Part shown: positions 43,701-57,446 of the stretch, piece after piece
Layout: every line of letters begins with the position of its first letter
Numbering within the stretch: the first letter of the stretch is position 1
Assembly (NCBI GenBank): GCA_003344405.1
Contig: NOWV01000015.1
Span: forward strand, 62,001-126,000
From: Trichoplax sp. H2
Lineage: Eukaryota
Length of the DNA: 64,000 nucleotides
Direction: 5' to 3'
The notes under the pieces: model-generated
Told to the model about the DNA's origin: nothing
Databases searched by the model: none
What the model saw: the letters and a program-made list of their open reading frames with translations, nothing else
Translations under genes and position numbers: made by a program

Positions 43701-46700
43701 TATAATGTTGACAAACCAATATTAATTTATAGTATTGGTTGTTTTCACGCTTAGTTATTGCTTCATTAGCGATTACCCACCTCCATGACAATCACCTTTC
43801 TGAATATAGAAACATTGTAGTTGCGTAACATTAAAACGCCTTGGTCATTAAGATATTCCATTTGAAAGCAGAAGTAGAACTAGTTTTATTATGCACTGTA
43901 GTACGCTGTAGTAAAATGTAATAGAGGCAATATTATTGGTATCTTGCGTATGTTTAGCCATCCGTTAAGTTATAGCCAAAATTAACGATTGACATTTTTT
44001 TTCATCACTAGTAATATTACGGCCGCCCTGAAATATTTGATTAATTGGCGTAAGAATTTTCGAAATAAATGTTTATTATTTATAGATTGTTGATATCTAC
44101 TGCTACATTTTCAAATTCAAGCTATATTATTAAACTTATTCTTGCGATATACCGCCAGCTCGTTCATCTTACTCAATTTCAGCTACTATACATGATATTA
44201 TACTAAAGAACATTTTTCCATTTCATTTAATCTCTGCGTTGATGAAATGCTGATAGTTAAACCTTACTCATATATGATGATCTAAACCTCAAGATTCAAC
44301 AACACCTAGAATAATTGCTATCGATATACTGATTTGAGAAATTCAGAGTGACATTAATTGCTTTTAGGATATGCTTCTAGCTTATCCATACACTACGATC
44401 ACAAACCGATTAAAACCGAATCAATTATAATTCATCATCATTGCGGTATTAACCGTTATTCCTGTCTTGCTATAAAATTCTAATATTACACCTATCTCAC
44501 TCTACATCATATCAATAATAACCTTGCTACTCACTCATGCAAAGAGTCTGGATTTTAAATTAGGTTTATGTTGTACAGTGATGGTGCGTGATATAAAATT
44601 ACTCAATGTTAGGAAGCAGTACATTATTCAATTAAATAGAATAAAAAAGCAGTCAGTTGCTGTAGTAACAATTTGTGCAAAAGTTTAATTGTATGCTTTA
44701 TTGGTCGTTGATTCAAAATAAATTGGTAGTCTAATTTGCTCATTAGCCACGTTATGCATGTCATGACTATAACATGTAGGATAAAACTGTTTTAGTTATT
44801 CAGCCCACAGACATATTTATAGACATATTCAAATATTTCGAGAACATTTAGCCTACAACGGTTGTTTACCAAAGCACAGCAATAGTGATGACTAATCGTA
44901 TTTAACTATAGCAAATTGTTACCATACATATGAACAGGAAGTATGTCATGGCCTAGGCTAAAATTATGGCGTAGAATGATGTTTTATTCGCGTTGTTTAT
45001 GATTTACCGCTTGTATTTGCTTTCTACAAACTCGCCCACTAGTAGGTTTAATACGGAATGATTATCGCATGGGGTCCATAGTACAATTAGCTATTACTAT
45101 TTGATCTAATTTAAATTTAAATTTAAAGCAGATCCCATATTTTAGAAAGACCTTTTCAGCACGAATATAACCACTGCTATACAATCAAACCCCTATTTGC
45201 CCATTTAGGATGTGGAGGATAGTCTTAGTAATCTATCGAGATTTACTTTCATGATCAGCTCACGAGTCTAATATCGTTAAGAAAAGATTGGATAGCAGAA
45301 TTGGAATTGGGGCATCCATTTCAATCCTGCAATCATTTCATCCCTACAGCATGGATTATCCAGTATAGGCTCCATTTGAACTTTATAATTATATCTGCAT
45401 CAACTAATAATCAATAACTTCATCACGAAATAGACCAATAATTAGAAAGGATATGAATACGCGAATGTCATTATTGTCAAATTGGATAATCCTATTGAAG
45501 GGTTGATCCATGACAGCTAGCTTGAAATACAATATTCAGTAAGAATCCATTGGATACCATCTGATTTATGATGAAATCATAATAAACGGCTGATAGAGGA
45601 ATGATAAACATGCATAATGCAGCAAAATTGAATCTAGAACAATCAAACAGGTGAGACAACAGTAGGTGGGTAAATTAATCACGACAGAGAGAAATTGGAA
45701 CAGATGTAATTATCTATAATTAATTCAATCATATTATTATTCATCTCTTTCAAGGCGATGGATAGATGGAAATTGGTTGACTTGTTATTGCTTGCCATAT
45801 TGTCTTATGGTGTAATATTGGATACGATAGGATGACAGTGAACCTAATGATCGAGTCTTTTCTTGCTTAATACAAGTCTATTTTCAGGTTTAATTTCCAC
45901 TCTATCCATTCTCGACAGTCTAGGTTATAACACCTATCAGCTGTTCATATTCTCATTCAAATGACCCAATGTATATTAAATGACTATCCATCACGGCACG
46001 ACTACAAATGGTGACATCATGGATAGCAGTTTGAAAAGAAATTTTTAACAACTCTTTTTCGCTCTTGAATTCCATTTCTCCCTATCGTTATTAAACTATC
46101 TATTGGAAGATGGAACTGGATGAGGATTACTTCCAGCTATAAATAAAGTCATTATAGTCAATGATGGAGTGAAGAAATTTAAAGTAATCAAAATGATCAA
46201 CAGATTATGTGATAGGAACCTAATCAGCGATTCTAATGAGGTCATGTTGTGATCAAGTTTGAAGACTATTTGAAGAGGTTGGTAATGATCCAACAAGTTC
46301 AATTCAAGCCTTACGTTACACCATATGGACGAGATATTATTTCAATGCTAACTTCATTGATAAATTGTAATTATGCATAGCATTATTATCTACCTTGGAC
46401 GTCTGTCAATTTCTGTCTCCATCATCCTTAATCAATCAAACGGTAATTCTAATGACAAAAGGTCAATAATGGGTAAATTTGCCATATTTGATTAGATCCA
46501 TATTGATCCTACTACATCACCCATTCCAATTCCAATTTTCAACACTATTATAAGGTAAGATCATTATTATCATGTTCTACTTGATCACTGGTATAGTGAT
46601 GTGTTCTTCATTTTATAGTAAATCATCAGTTTGTTAGACTTGAAAGGATTATTAATACAAGTAATCAATCAAGTTGGAAAATTGCAGTCCTGATTTTGTC

Positions 46701-46767
46701 AGACTAATCGCTTACCCTTACTCTTCATTTTGCAACTAGGCTGTTTATACCCCATTTCTATCCTATC

Positions 46768-47005
46768 TAGACTATTTTCAGCCTATTTCGATTCATCCAT
46801 TTTACTTCATAGAAGAAAATAGCCATTTGATCCTGTTTTGATCCTGTCTAGATTATTTCCAGCCCATTTCGAGCCAGCCATTTTTGCTTCATTGGAGAAG
46901 ATAGTCTATTGGCCCTCTTTTGTTGCTTTCTAGAAGACTGTTTCCAGCCTATTTCGAGCTCACCATTTTGCTCCATTGAAGAAGATAGTCTACTGATCTT
47001 ATTTG
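46768..47005. repeat. ~83 bp tandem repeat, 3 copies, immediately upstream of the Not start codon
   Basis: GA(C/T)T.TTT.CAGCC.ATTTCGA...CCATTTT.CT.CAT.G.AGAA.ATAG at ~46770, 46850 and 46936. Confidence 0.85.
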
Positions 47006-47092
47006 ACTGTGGATTCGCCTTACTCAGAAATTGATTGAATTATCAGAGCTATTTTTCCTTCATCTTGTTTTTAGTAGTCGTCAAACAACAGC

Positions 47093-50000
47093 ATGCAAAA
47101 TCCAGTTTATGTTTACGGTGGAAATCTACCAACAGGACCACCTAGTACTGTTGCAGCTCCTGTTCCAATTTATTTGACTGCTCGGCCATGGCAAGCTGCC
47201 TATATGAATCCTACATTACCACCAGGGGCAACACCACCTTTCAATTTTAATACCTTAATTCCAACAACGAAAAGTGATGACAACAGCAATCCACCGATGC
47301 ACAATGTTCAACATCCTATGGCTGCTGCTGTTCAAGGTGGCTATAGGCCTGCCAATCCAGTGCCTATCCGATTTTATGATCCTAATATTAATCCATTAGC
47401 AGCTCAAGCCAATCCAATGAATAAATCACGTTCTAGCGAGAAAGGTAAAGATGATCAATAATGATGATTAGTGTGATTGGAAAGGAAGGAGAACCGTAAT
47501 AGTCGTTAGTGAACAACATTTGACAAACTTTTATTAAATAGTTTTCTTGAGAATAATTTCGCCTTGAGAAACAGTAGAGAATATACGTTTATATACTTAC
47601 TTATATAGGACACGGTTGAAACAAAATTAATTTTAGCTGATCATAATTGGTCATTTAAGATACCACTATTTTACATTGTGAATATTAACATAACAAGGCT
47701 AAGCAAAGCAATTGTCTTCAGAAGAGTAATGTCCAATGCTAGAGTTACTTTGCGATCGTATTTCCTGATGTATCTTAATCGTCTTAAAATAAGTCATCCA
47801 AGTATCAAAACTTATTGGCCCAGTGCTATATTAAAATTTGCAATGAAAGGCTCGTTTTTTCTAATTCTTTTGCTCTTCCCGCGTTACCGTTCCAATCACT
47901 TTTCTTCACAGCGTTTAATCATCCACAGTATTAATATATTACACTGAGAGATAGGCCTATTTTAAATTGTAATTTGTTCTTTGTCGTTATTTGGAAGTGG
48001 AAAAATGATACAGGTATAGAAGAATTAATCTGGTCTAACGCCGATTTAGTCTTAAAATGACGGTATCATTGACTTAACCACAACCACTTGTTTTCTATGT
48101 CTCCATTCATATTGCACGGGCCCAAATGAAGAGAAAATGAGATTACCATCTTGTATTAGTAACTTTATATTCATTATTGCTTACTCACTATATTCATGGC
48201 TACCGTTTATCGTTACAGCGTAGTCGACACACTAAAATAAATTGAAAATATTTTTTCTGTTGCTAAACTTGCTCCATCACATATCTTTTGACGTATCATT
48301 TTAGCTCAGAGTAATCTTAATTATCAATTCTAATTTGTATTGGATTGGGCTGACCATTAGTAAATCATGTATCGATATTCGATATTGACAGTATAGTTCT
48401 ATTTCAGTCTCTTTAGCTGATGCTATAAGCATGCATGATGAGAAATAGCGAGTGTGTACTAAATATTATCGTTAAGCAAATAAACAGCTCAACGATCAAC
48501 AGGCGGCATTACCAATCTTATCTACACTAGCATGAATTATGAAGGGTACAAATTATTTTGGTATTTTATTCACTGATCTAGTCAGTAACTCATGCTTGCT
48601 ATTCAATAAAAATATGGTAGTACGGATTAGACTCAATATTGATCTATTCAATAAAGAATTTTTTAGTTGACTTAAAATCGGATATTGGACAATTAACAAA
48701 ACCCCTTATCCAATAACAAATCATTTTAACTTCTAATCAGCAGCATAACATATGGTCAATTAATAAATCCTTCACCTAGTCTATTACCTGAGTAGCCGCT
48801 ATTACATTAATATTATAATGATTCATCCTTTTGTGCAGTCGTCAAGTTATTCATTACTTAATCAATTGGAATTCCTATTTAATCCGGTCAACGATCATCG
48901 CCATATTGTTCCATTGGTGAGGACTAGCTCAGAGTGGGTATACAGTCTAATGTCATAATTAGAGTCAATTTCTAGTCTGTATTAAAAGTGAATAGATTCA
49001 ATCATGCCAAATGATCTACCGTTCGTAATGGGTAGCTACAGAATAGGATATAATTTATAAATTTCTATTCTGTACTCAAAAATGATGATATTCAACCGTG
49101 TCAAATGGTGTACTGGTAGTAATAAGTAGCTTTGGGATTGGATACAATTTTGTAAAATTCTAGTCTGCATTAAAAATGAAGATGTTCAATCTTGCCCAAT
49201 AATCTACTGTTCGTTATGAGTAGGCAAGGGATCAAACACAATTTGGTTGCATAGTTTTAGTCCAAATATTTTTATTGTGTAGCCAAATATTAATTTTTCT
49301 ATAGTGACAAACTAAGAGAGAAAAAATGGCTGCGTAAAGCTGCAAGCATTTTGACCATTCAAACTGCATTGAAATAAAAAATAAGAGTCTAAATAAAGGA
49401 ATGTTGTAGTTTAGATATTTTAAATTAAAAAGTTTTAATAATCGCTTCTGCTTCAATTGGATACAAGCTAATAAAGCCATCCTATTTCTTTTACCAAATA
49501 ATTTTCATAATTTCGGTTGCAAATTTAGAAGCGACAGAAATGCAGCCTATACTTTGACATATTATTTACTACCTTAGCATTACGGGAATGGTAGATATCT
49601 TTCATTGACAGCATTAAGTCAACAAACAATCTGATCAACCCATTTTACTCTTTACACTAAATAAATCTTCAAAATCCCATGCTTACTGTAAAATTAATTA
49701 AGGAGTACTCTTAATTCTCTACAAAAGTAACAGGCTATAAAAATAATTAACAAATTCCCAGGATTGGATCAATAGTGAAATTAACACCGGCAGCGATTAA
49801 AGTAGTCTAGATATGGGTTCGACTTAAGCTTTTTTATAGACTTTGCTGATGTAAATTGAGACATGATAAGAGTCATTACTATTGAAAGTTTCGGCATTTT
49901 ATAATAACCTTTACACTCATTGCCAATGCGTAAAATGCTTAGCCATTACCGCACCGTAATTAACATTTTTTAGTAATTATGATTAAACATATACTACATA

Positions 50001-51313
50001 AATATCTATTTAGCAGATACTTATACCAATTGAATAATTTTTTAAAACATTAAAAGAAATAACTAACCCTGGCGAAATATTTCTTAAATTACTTAGGATG
50101 CTAGTATATTTTTTTCATATTCTATGTGCTATCTACAGTATATATTCAATAGACATCATCATATGGTGAACATCTTGTTGATTCTTGTATAATTAAAAAT
50201 GCTCCAATACGGTGTTGAATACAGTACAGCATTCAATTCTTAACATAGAATCATTTATTAAATTAATAGTGTACAAACAATGCGTATTTAAAAGCATAAA
50301 ACGAACTAAAAGTAACATGGGGTAATGTACAGTATGTGATTGTAAATTTAGTGTTTAGAGGATATTAATGGTAGTTGTATTGCAGTAAATAGGAAGCTTA
50401 ATTGATTAGGCCATGTTCTTAAATATTAATGCACATCAATGGATATTAAATAACAATATAAGTTCATATAGCATACGCGCAAAAACTACAGGTTTTGCGC
50501 CTCTATGTATGTCAAAGCATACTGGTGGAGGCTCGTATGAGCATTGTAAATGCAAACTTTTTTCAATAACAGATTCAGATTATGAAATAGTACTGGAGCT
50601 AACCTTCTAAATTCTTCAGTAGTACAAATATAAAATAATTTTTAGAATTAAAGGATGTAAATAATGTTAATGATATTCCTACGTGTACGAATATTAGAGA
50701 TCTTTTGTAATACATCAAGGACGTCAAATACAGACCTGATGAATATTATAAGAGCCAGATTCCAATAGCATTGAATTTAAAAAATATTATAAAAATTTCC
50801 TAGTGTTATTTAATTTACTAATAATGCAAGAATTGCTAGGATCATAATTAATATTACGATCTTCTTTATTTCATTTTAGAAAGCAAAAGTAACTCTACAG
50901 CAATTAGCAGTGGCCATCACCAGCATGTTGAAAAGTTAAGATCATCAGCATCTAATCAACAACATTGGAAATCAGGCAAGAATAAACGTGTTCGAACTAT
51001 CTTTACGCCCGATCAACTGACCAAGTTAGAGAAAGAATTTGATCAGCAACAGTATATGGTGGGCGCTCAACGTTTATACTTAGCGAATACATTAAAACTG
51101 AGTGAGGCACAAGTTAAGGTATGGTTTCAAAATCGACGAATTAAATGGCGAAAAGATCAAATTAAGCGTAGACATACAACAGCAAGTAATGCTAATCATC
51201 AGAATACTTCTTTAACCTCTGTATCTGCTTCTGTTGATGCTCAATCTACAAGTAGCAATGGCAGTAGTAATCCTCAAAGCAGCAGTCGTAGTAGTACCAG
51301 TAGTAATTCATAA
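47093..51313 (+). CDS. Not: Not-class (NKL/ANTP) homeobox transcription factor, 261 aa, 2 exons
   Basis: Exons 47093-47444 (Pro-rich N-terminus) and 50880-51313 are joined by a phase-1 GT-AG intron. The homeodomain [59 protein letters not shown] carries the Not-diagnostic 'QQYMVG' and 'RRIKWRK'. Confidence 0.93.
48960..49228. repeat. Degenerate ~190 bp-spaced duplication in the Not intron
   Basis: TTCTAGTCTGYATTAAAA.TGAA...TTCAATC.TGCC.AAT.ATCTACYGTTCGT.ATG.GTAG at ~48970 and ~49158. Confidence 0.75.
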
Positions 51314-54026
51314 ATGTAAAATATTCTACCACGGTTGATGATGGACATCGTCAATCTATCATTCATTACCATAGAGTAGAAGCCTTGAAAAAGCTATCAT
51401 GAATGATATCCTGTGCTTGAAAAATAATATCATCGACTCATACTTTCGTCCTTAAATTGCATAACTTCTAGCGATTCAAATCTACAGTTGATTCATGTTG
51501 TGCGATATTTTACATAAATCGAACATGAATATTAGCATTTTGTTGCAGCTAATTCATTATGTAATATATTGATATTCTTGAACTCACTGAATTTAATTGA
51601 AATATCGTCCATTAAAGTAAGAATATAAATTTTGATTACAACATTGAGTCACGTCGGTTCCTAATAAATCGTAGGAAATGATCATTTTTAATTTAGATCA
51701 GTTGCATGGTATTACTAAGCGAAACTTAATTCGTGCGTTTTATTATTTGATACTCCGATTTAATGATGTATAAGCATAAAAACGCAATATAACTATTTTA
51801 TGTGTAGAGCGGCTTTATGCTTACAAAACGAGGCAAATAAACGCTTCATCGCACATATCCTACGCACCTCAAAACATTGTTTGATTTTCAGCTATAACAG
51901 ATTTCCTTTCATGCAAAATTGAGGACTGCAAATATTAGCTTCTACAGTAGAAGAAATTGTTAAAAATCTAAAAAAGGATTTGCCATAAGAGACCAATTTT
52001 AATATTATAACCTACGATTGTTGACCAATTTATACCGGCTAATTAAAACCGAGATATATTTCGTGCATTATATTGTCATAATGAAATATGATGTTTGTTA
52101 GTCCTTGTTCGATTCAGGGTTATTCTTTTAATTTAATGAAAAAATTACTGTAGTCATAAACATTTGTTCTGTCGACTTTTCTCCTCCTAATTTATATTGG
52201 AAATTCAACTTTAATATTACAATATTCATTATTGCAAGAAATATGAATTAAATATGTATGATTGTCACTGGTCTCTGTTGCACTATTAATTAAATTGTAA
52301 GATCGCTATATCTTACTGGGGATATATAAATGGCGGCCAATTTCATGCACGGCACGCGCTGTAGAATTCTAGAATTAAAACTTGTTAAAATTACCGAAAA
52401 GCTCGATCTAGGCGTACTTCAATTTTAATTTGAACTCATCCTTCATTATTACCCCTAACCCGAAAAATATTGGAGAGCTATTTAGGACAACAAAATATTG
52501 TTCAATCTCGTTCTGAAACATAATTCAACGAATAAATTTGAATTTCTATATCGTTTTCTGCTTTGATTTTTTGTGTAATCTAACCGAAATCTCATACCGT
52601 AAGTTAATCGAAGTGATTGCTTGTGGTGCTTTATATAAGCTTTTACGCATAATTGCAAATCCTAATCATAATTTACTAGATTAAATGGCCTAAATTGATT
52701 CTATAAATCTTGACAACAGCTAAAGAATCATGCTATCGATTTTCGTGTGGGCTGTAGTTTGAACAAAACAAAGCACCTTATTTAATATCATATTAGTATA
52801 TGAAATCGATAGAAATACCGCGATAGCCTTCATATCAATATGGTCAAGAGATCATTTCTATGTTTCTATATGGATTAGCTCCTAATACAATCGAAAATGT
52901 ATTCATGTAAAATAATTTCAGACATCTACAACAGTTAACTCAATGCTCACTCATAATATGATACAATATGTATGAATTTCTAAGATGAAAGAGCTTCATG
53001 TGAGAATATGGTAAGTGGTCTGAAAAGAAGGTAGTTTATTTTTCCTTATTGATAGATTAATACACTTGCTACTGCCGAAGAGTAACAAAAAATTGATTGA
53101 TTGCTTACAACTATTGTTTACTCATCTTTACCTGAGGATGACGATAGAGAATATCCTTTGGTGCTAACCAGCCAGATAATATTAAAATTACTTTAATATG
53201 GGTAATTTAGTTTCAAATCTTTATTGCTGGTGGAGACGGGTATAATGATTGCACCAAAATAGTTTCAAGATCAAACCCTGAATTAGTAATGCGCCAATTT
53301 GAAAAGAGTTGATTGCGATGGTATAAAAACGTTGAAGTGATAATCGTTTTACATCCAAAGGTAATTTCGTATATATCTTAATGGTATTGGATGTTTACTA
53401 ATTCGTTTTTACGTAGATAATATTAGATTGAGAAACGGCCCAATTATTTAGTTATGATCAGATAAAGATAATTTCTAATTAACTTTATTCGAAAATCCGT
53501 GGCATTAATTATTAGTATTGATACTTGCATAATTTGCATTGAAGAGACCACTGTTAATGGATACATTAACTCAACTGGTGTTGCCCCAAAAGACTTACAG
53601 GTTAGTATTTAAACCCTAACCCGGTTCAATTCTTGAATATCAGTTAATGTTCCTGGTCGATCCTTGATGATAATAATACCTCTTCAATTAAATTACGGAG
53701 CAACTCCACCGAGCCGTCTTTTCGTCGACCAGACCTAGAATAAACTGAAGCCTTGCGAAAGGATATGTAATATGCCTCTACTGCAAAGCATTTGAAAAAG
53801 ATATACCATTGAATTTCCTCAGTAATGCGACTTTACTGAATAGCTCCAATTTCATTTACTTAGTAGTATAGATTTATTTGTGCTATAAATAACATCGGAA
53901 GGCTTTCCGGATAAGTCAGCCATAGTAGAGAAATCTTCTACCATAGCTTTCGTTCGATAATTTTAACAATCGTCCATTCGTTTCATTAAATCGTTCAGCT
54001 TGCTGAAACATTTCTGCAGAGCAGCT

Positions 54027-57000
54027 ATGAATCTGGATCCGGAAGGGATGAAAAGTAAGTTAGAAAAAGAGCTGAGAAAAAGAAGTGGAATATACTGGCT
54101 TCGAGATTCAGTTCCCCGCAGTAAAGGTCGTCCTTCAGAAGTATGGAAGCGTTTTGCTATTATTTATGACGAACATGGAGCATTGGATTATGCGGCCTGT
54201 AGGTTCTGCTATCAGGTATATTTTACAGAGTATAAGTAAAAGTTAATGTCCTATATTTAAAAATTTGTAATAGGGATGTCTGCATAGTTCGTATTATTTC
54301 AGGGCTCAAGAAATGGCAATATCTTACTTGAAGTAAAAATACTTCAGTTGTCAACTTAGCATAAGAACTGCAAGCATCAGAAAACCCTGATAATTGCGCT
54401 CCTTGCATTAATATAATCAAAACTACACTAACTATTTCCACTAATCTTTGCTAATCATGGCAATGACACAATATCAGACACTACTTAATTAGCAATATAT
54501 TATGATAGCTTACGATAACAACGACTTTGGTGATGAATTGACAAGTTATCAAATTCTCACTCTTGTTGGATATATTGATTTATTTTGCGCACTATTCACT
54601 GATCATCTATCGTAAGTATGGTATAAACATGAACTTTTATTCAAATACAGTTATGACTGAAAATCCACGTTTAATTCATTTAGATAGGTTATACTAGGAA
54701 AGGGCAGCAATTGTTAAGAGTATCGATGCAGCCCTAATTTTATCATTAATGTATTGGCCTGGTATTTACCTAATCTCGTTTCAAATTCATTAATGATTAC
54801 GACGTACTTTAAACCCATATTTTAGATATAGCATTAAAATCTGTATCAATGCCGCCTTAATTTCATTATAAGTGTTATAACATGGTATGAACTTGATCTC
54901 GTTTCAAGTTCATTCATGATTATAACATACTTTAAATCTACGTTTTAGATATTGTATTAAAATATGCATAAATGCGGCCCAAATATCATCAAAGCCGCGA
55001 TAACATGATATCAACTTAATCTCATTTCAAAGCTCATCAATGTTTACTTACAACATACTTTAAATCGGTAGTTTATACATTACGTTAAAATCTTGGTATT
55101 TATCTGATTTCTTTTCAAGTTCTTTAATGATGACAAGATGCTTTAAAAACATATTCTAGGCCTTGCGTTAAAACCTGTTAAGCATTATGCATTTTCCAAG
55201 TTGATTATCCTAAAGCTCAAATCTTCAGATACGATCAAAATGATTTATTGTTAACTGATCCTTGAAATAGAGCAATTTTGGGCATTTCTACATTAACATC
55301 AAAGCTACATTGAATGCAAAAGCATTATTCTATACTACAGATATTTCTAGTGAGTTAGCTGATAGAAAATTTGACTTATAATAACATACTGAGGATTACG
55401 AGGCCTAAGCAAATAAGTAAACGACTAATACAGAAATACACAAGCTAGTACACTGCTAGCTTGTGTATTTCTATCATTAATCTTTACTCTTGATAGCGTT
55501 TAACAAATTAGGCACCATTCCCATGATGACAATTATCTTATACTTACTAGGTTTAAACAATAATTTTAATTGTTTTGAATGATATACTGGAAAGGAACGA
55601 ATTACACTTACAACTGACGCTTTTTTAGGTTTATTGCTATCGAACTGCCAATGGAACATCCGCCTTAATAAAACATAATTGCCAAGAACAAGCTAAGCAT
55701 TCTGATTCTGGAAGTGGCAGTACAGCTACAGCTACCTATGCTAGCTCTTCACGTTCAAGCAAGCAAGGGCTGCCTTATGAAGTGAAGAAATATGTCATGA
55801 CTGCTCTCGTCGAAATGTGCTGCCAAGATCTTCATCCATTTACCATCGTTAATGGTGATGGTTTCCGAAAATTCTGTCAAATCTTACTCGATTGCCATAG
55901 CTGGGCAAAGCATGGCTTAATAGCCAAAGATTTTTTACCTGATTCAGCAACATTAGAACAGGTTGTCAATAATCAAGCCGAAGAAATTCGAAATTATTTA
56001 GCCACTTTCTTGTCCAAGAGCCTAAACGAACATACTTTGGTATCCTTCACCATAGACTTGTGGCAGGCCAACGAGGTTAATGATTGCATGATTTGTGTAA
56101 CTTTGCATTATACGGATAAAAATTTCAGACTGCATAATCGTGTATTAGCTGGTAGAAGCGTTACCGAAGATAACTGGAATGCTAAAGGAATTAAAAACGA
56201 ATTTACTGCCATCATTCAATCCTTTAATTTAACCCAAGGTGGAATTTCTCATTTAATCGTAATGAATAACAATAATACTTTACTGATAGGTGAAAATGGC
56301 CTTAATGGCCTCTTTCAAAGTCTTCCATGTGCCTGCCACAGAATTACTGCAGTGATGACCCACTTATTTGAACACCAAATCGTTAAAGTAGAAGGCGCAG
56401 GAATCGAGCAATCAGTCTATAAATATTACGATGATTGTCCCATGGTGTTTGATACAATCGAATTATGCCATAAATTAGCAGATTATTGCATCAAATTTGG
56501 TATCACTGATCAGTTAGGACTAGCATTCAAAATACCTGATGAAAATAGTGATTGGATCTCAGTCTACGACTATTTTCTTACTCTTGAACAAAATTACGAT
56601 GCTTTAGTAGAAGTCTTGAATCCGTTAGAAGCATCCCATATGATTCAAAAAATTAATCGTCATTTATTAAAAGAAATAGCCACTTTTGTACAATTATTTA
56701 GCCAAGCTACGATCGAATTAAAGACTTGTTGGCAGCCTACATTACATCTTGTCACCATATGGCGATACCGTTTATTAAAACACTGTCGTCATGTCTTGGA
56801 GGACTACAACGTAGAACAGGAAAGTGGCAGTACTGTTTCTGTTGCCAAAGATTCATTACTTATTAAATCACTAAAAAATATCGTTCAAGATCTCATCTTG
56901 GATCACTGGCTGGTAGATGGTTATCAACTTGTGGCGACAATACTTGATCCTCGTCAAAAAAATTTAGCTAGGTTAGATGTGCCTACATCACAAATTTCAC

Positions 57001-57446
57001 TCGCTAATAAGATGTTGCAAGATCTCTACCTAGCACAAACAAGAAATTCTGCTTGCAAAACTGAGTCCCAACCCAGCCGCAATCATTTCAGTGATAAAGA
57101 AGTTGATAATTTCTTTATATTTTCCAGTGAATCGGAAGATGCATCCGATGAAGGCAAAATCTCCATTACCGAAATACAATTATATATGGAAACGCGTTTA
57201 ACGAAAGAAACTCGCGGTCAAGGTAAAAATCTTGACATCCTAAAGTGGTGGCAAAATCATCGTACTCGTTATCCAATTTTAAGCCAGGTTGCCAGGTCGA
57301 TCTTGGCAATACCTGCCTACTGTACTGCTACTGACTTTAAATATAATCAGCTTGGTAATGGTATGACGGATAAATCGATAACCCTCAATCAGCAGACAAT
57401 TAACAACATGTTAATGGTGAGATCAAATAAAGATTTGATCTCATAA
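54027..57446 (+). CDS. BED zinc finger / hAT (Hermes/hobo/Ac-like) transposase-derived protein, ~668 aa, 2 exons; probably domesticated
   Basis: Exons 54027-54215 and 55629-57446 join in frame and rebuild the BED finger (SEVWKRF...AACRFCYQ|VYCYRTANGTSALIKHNC). Also present: Hermes DNA-binding region 'DLHPFTIVNGDGFRKF', 'TIDLW', CxxH ('CACH') and the C-terminal hAT dimerization domain 'DILKWWQNHRTRYPILSQVARSILAIPA'. Confidence 0.88.
54712..55175. repeat. ~120 bp degenerate tandem repeat (~4 units) in the hAT-gene intron
   Basis: ATCTC(G/A)TTTCAA..TCAT..ATG...TACTTTAAA...TTTAGATAT...TTAAAAT blocks recur at ~54773, 54896, 55019 and 55107. Confidence 0.8.

Noticed and set aside
40000-46500. Short AT-rich ORFs between Mad and Not
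   Set aside because: No recognisable domains or consistent splice structure; consistent with chance ORFs.
47234-47263. '[10 protein letters not shown]' as an eh1/Groucho-binding motif in Not
   Set aside because: Too weak a match to FxIxxIL to support a call.
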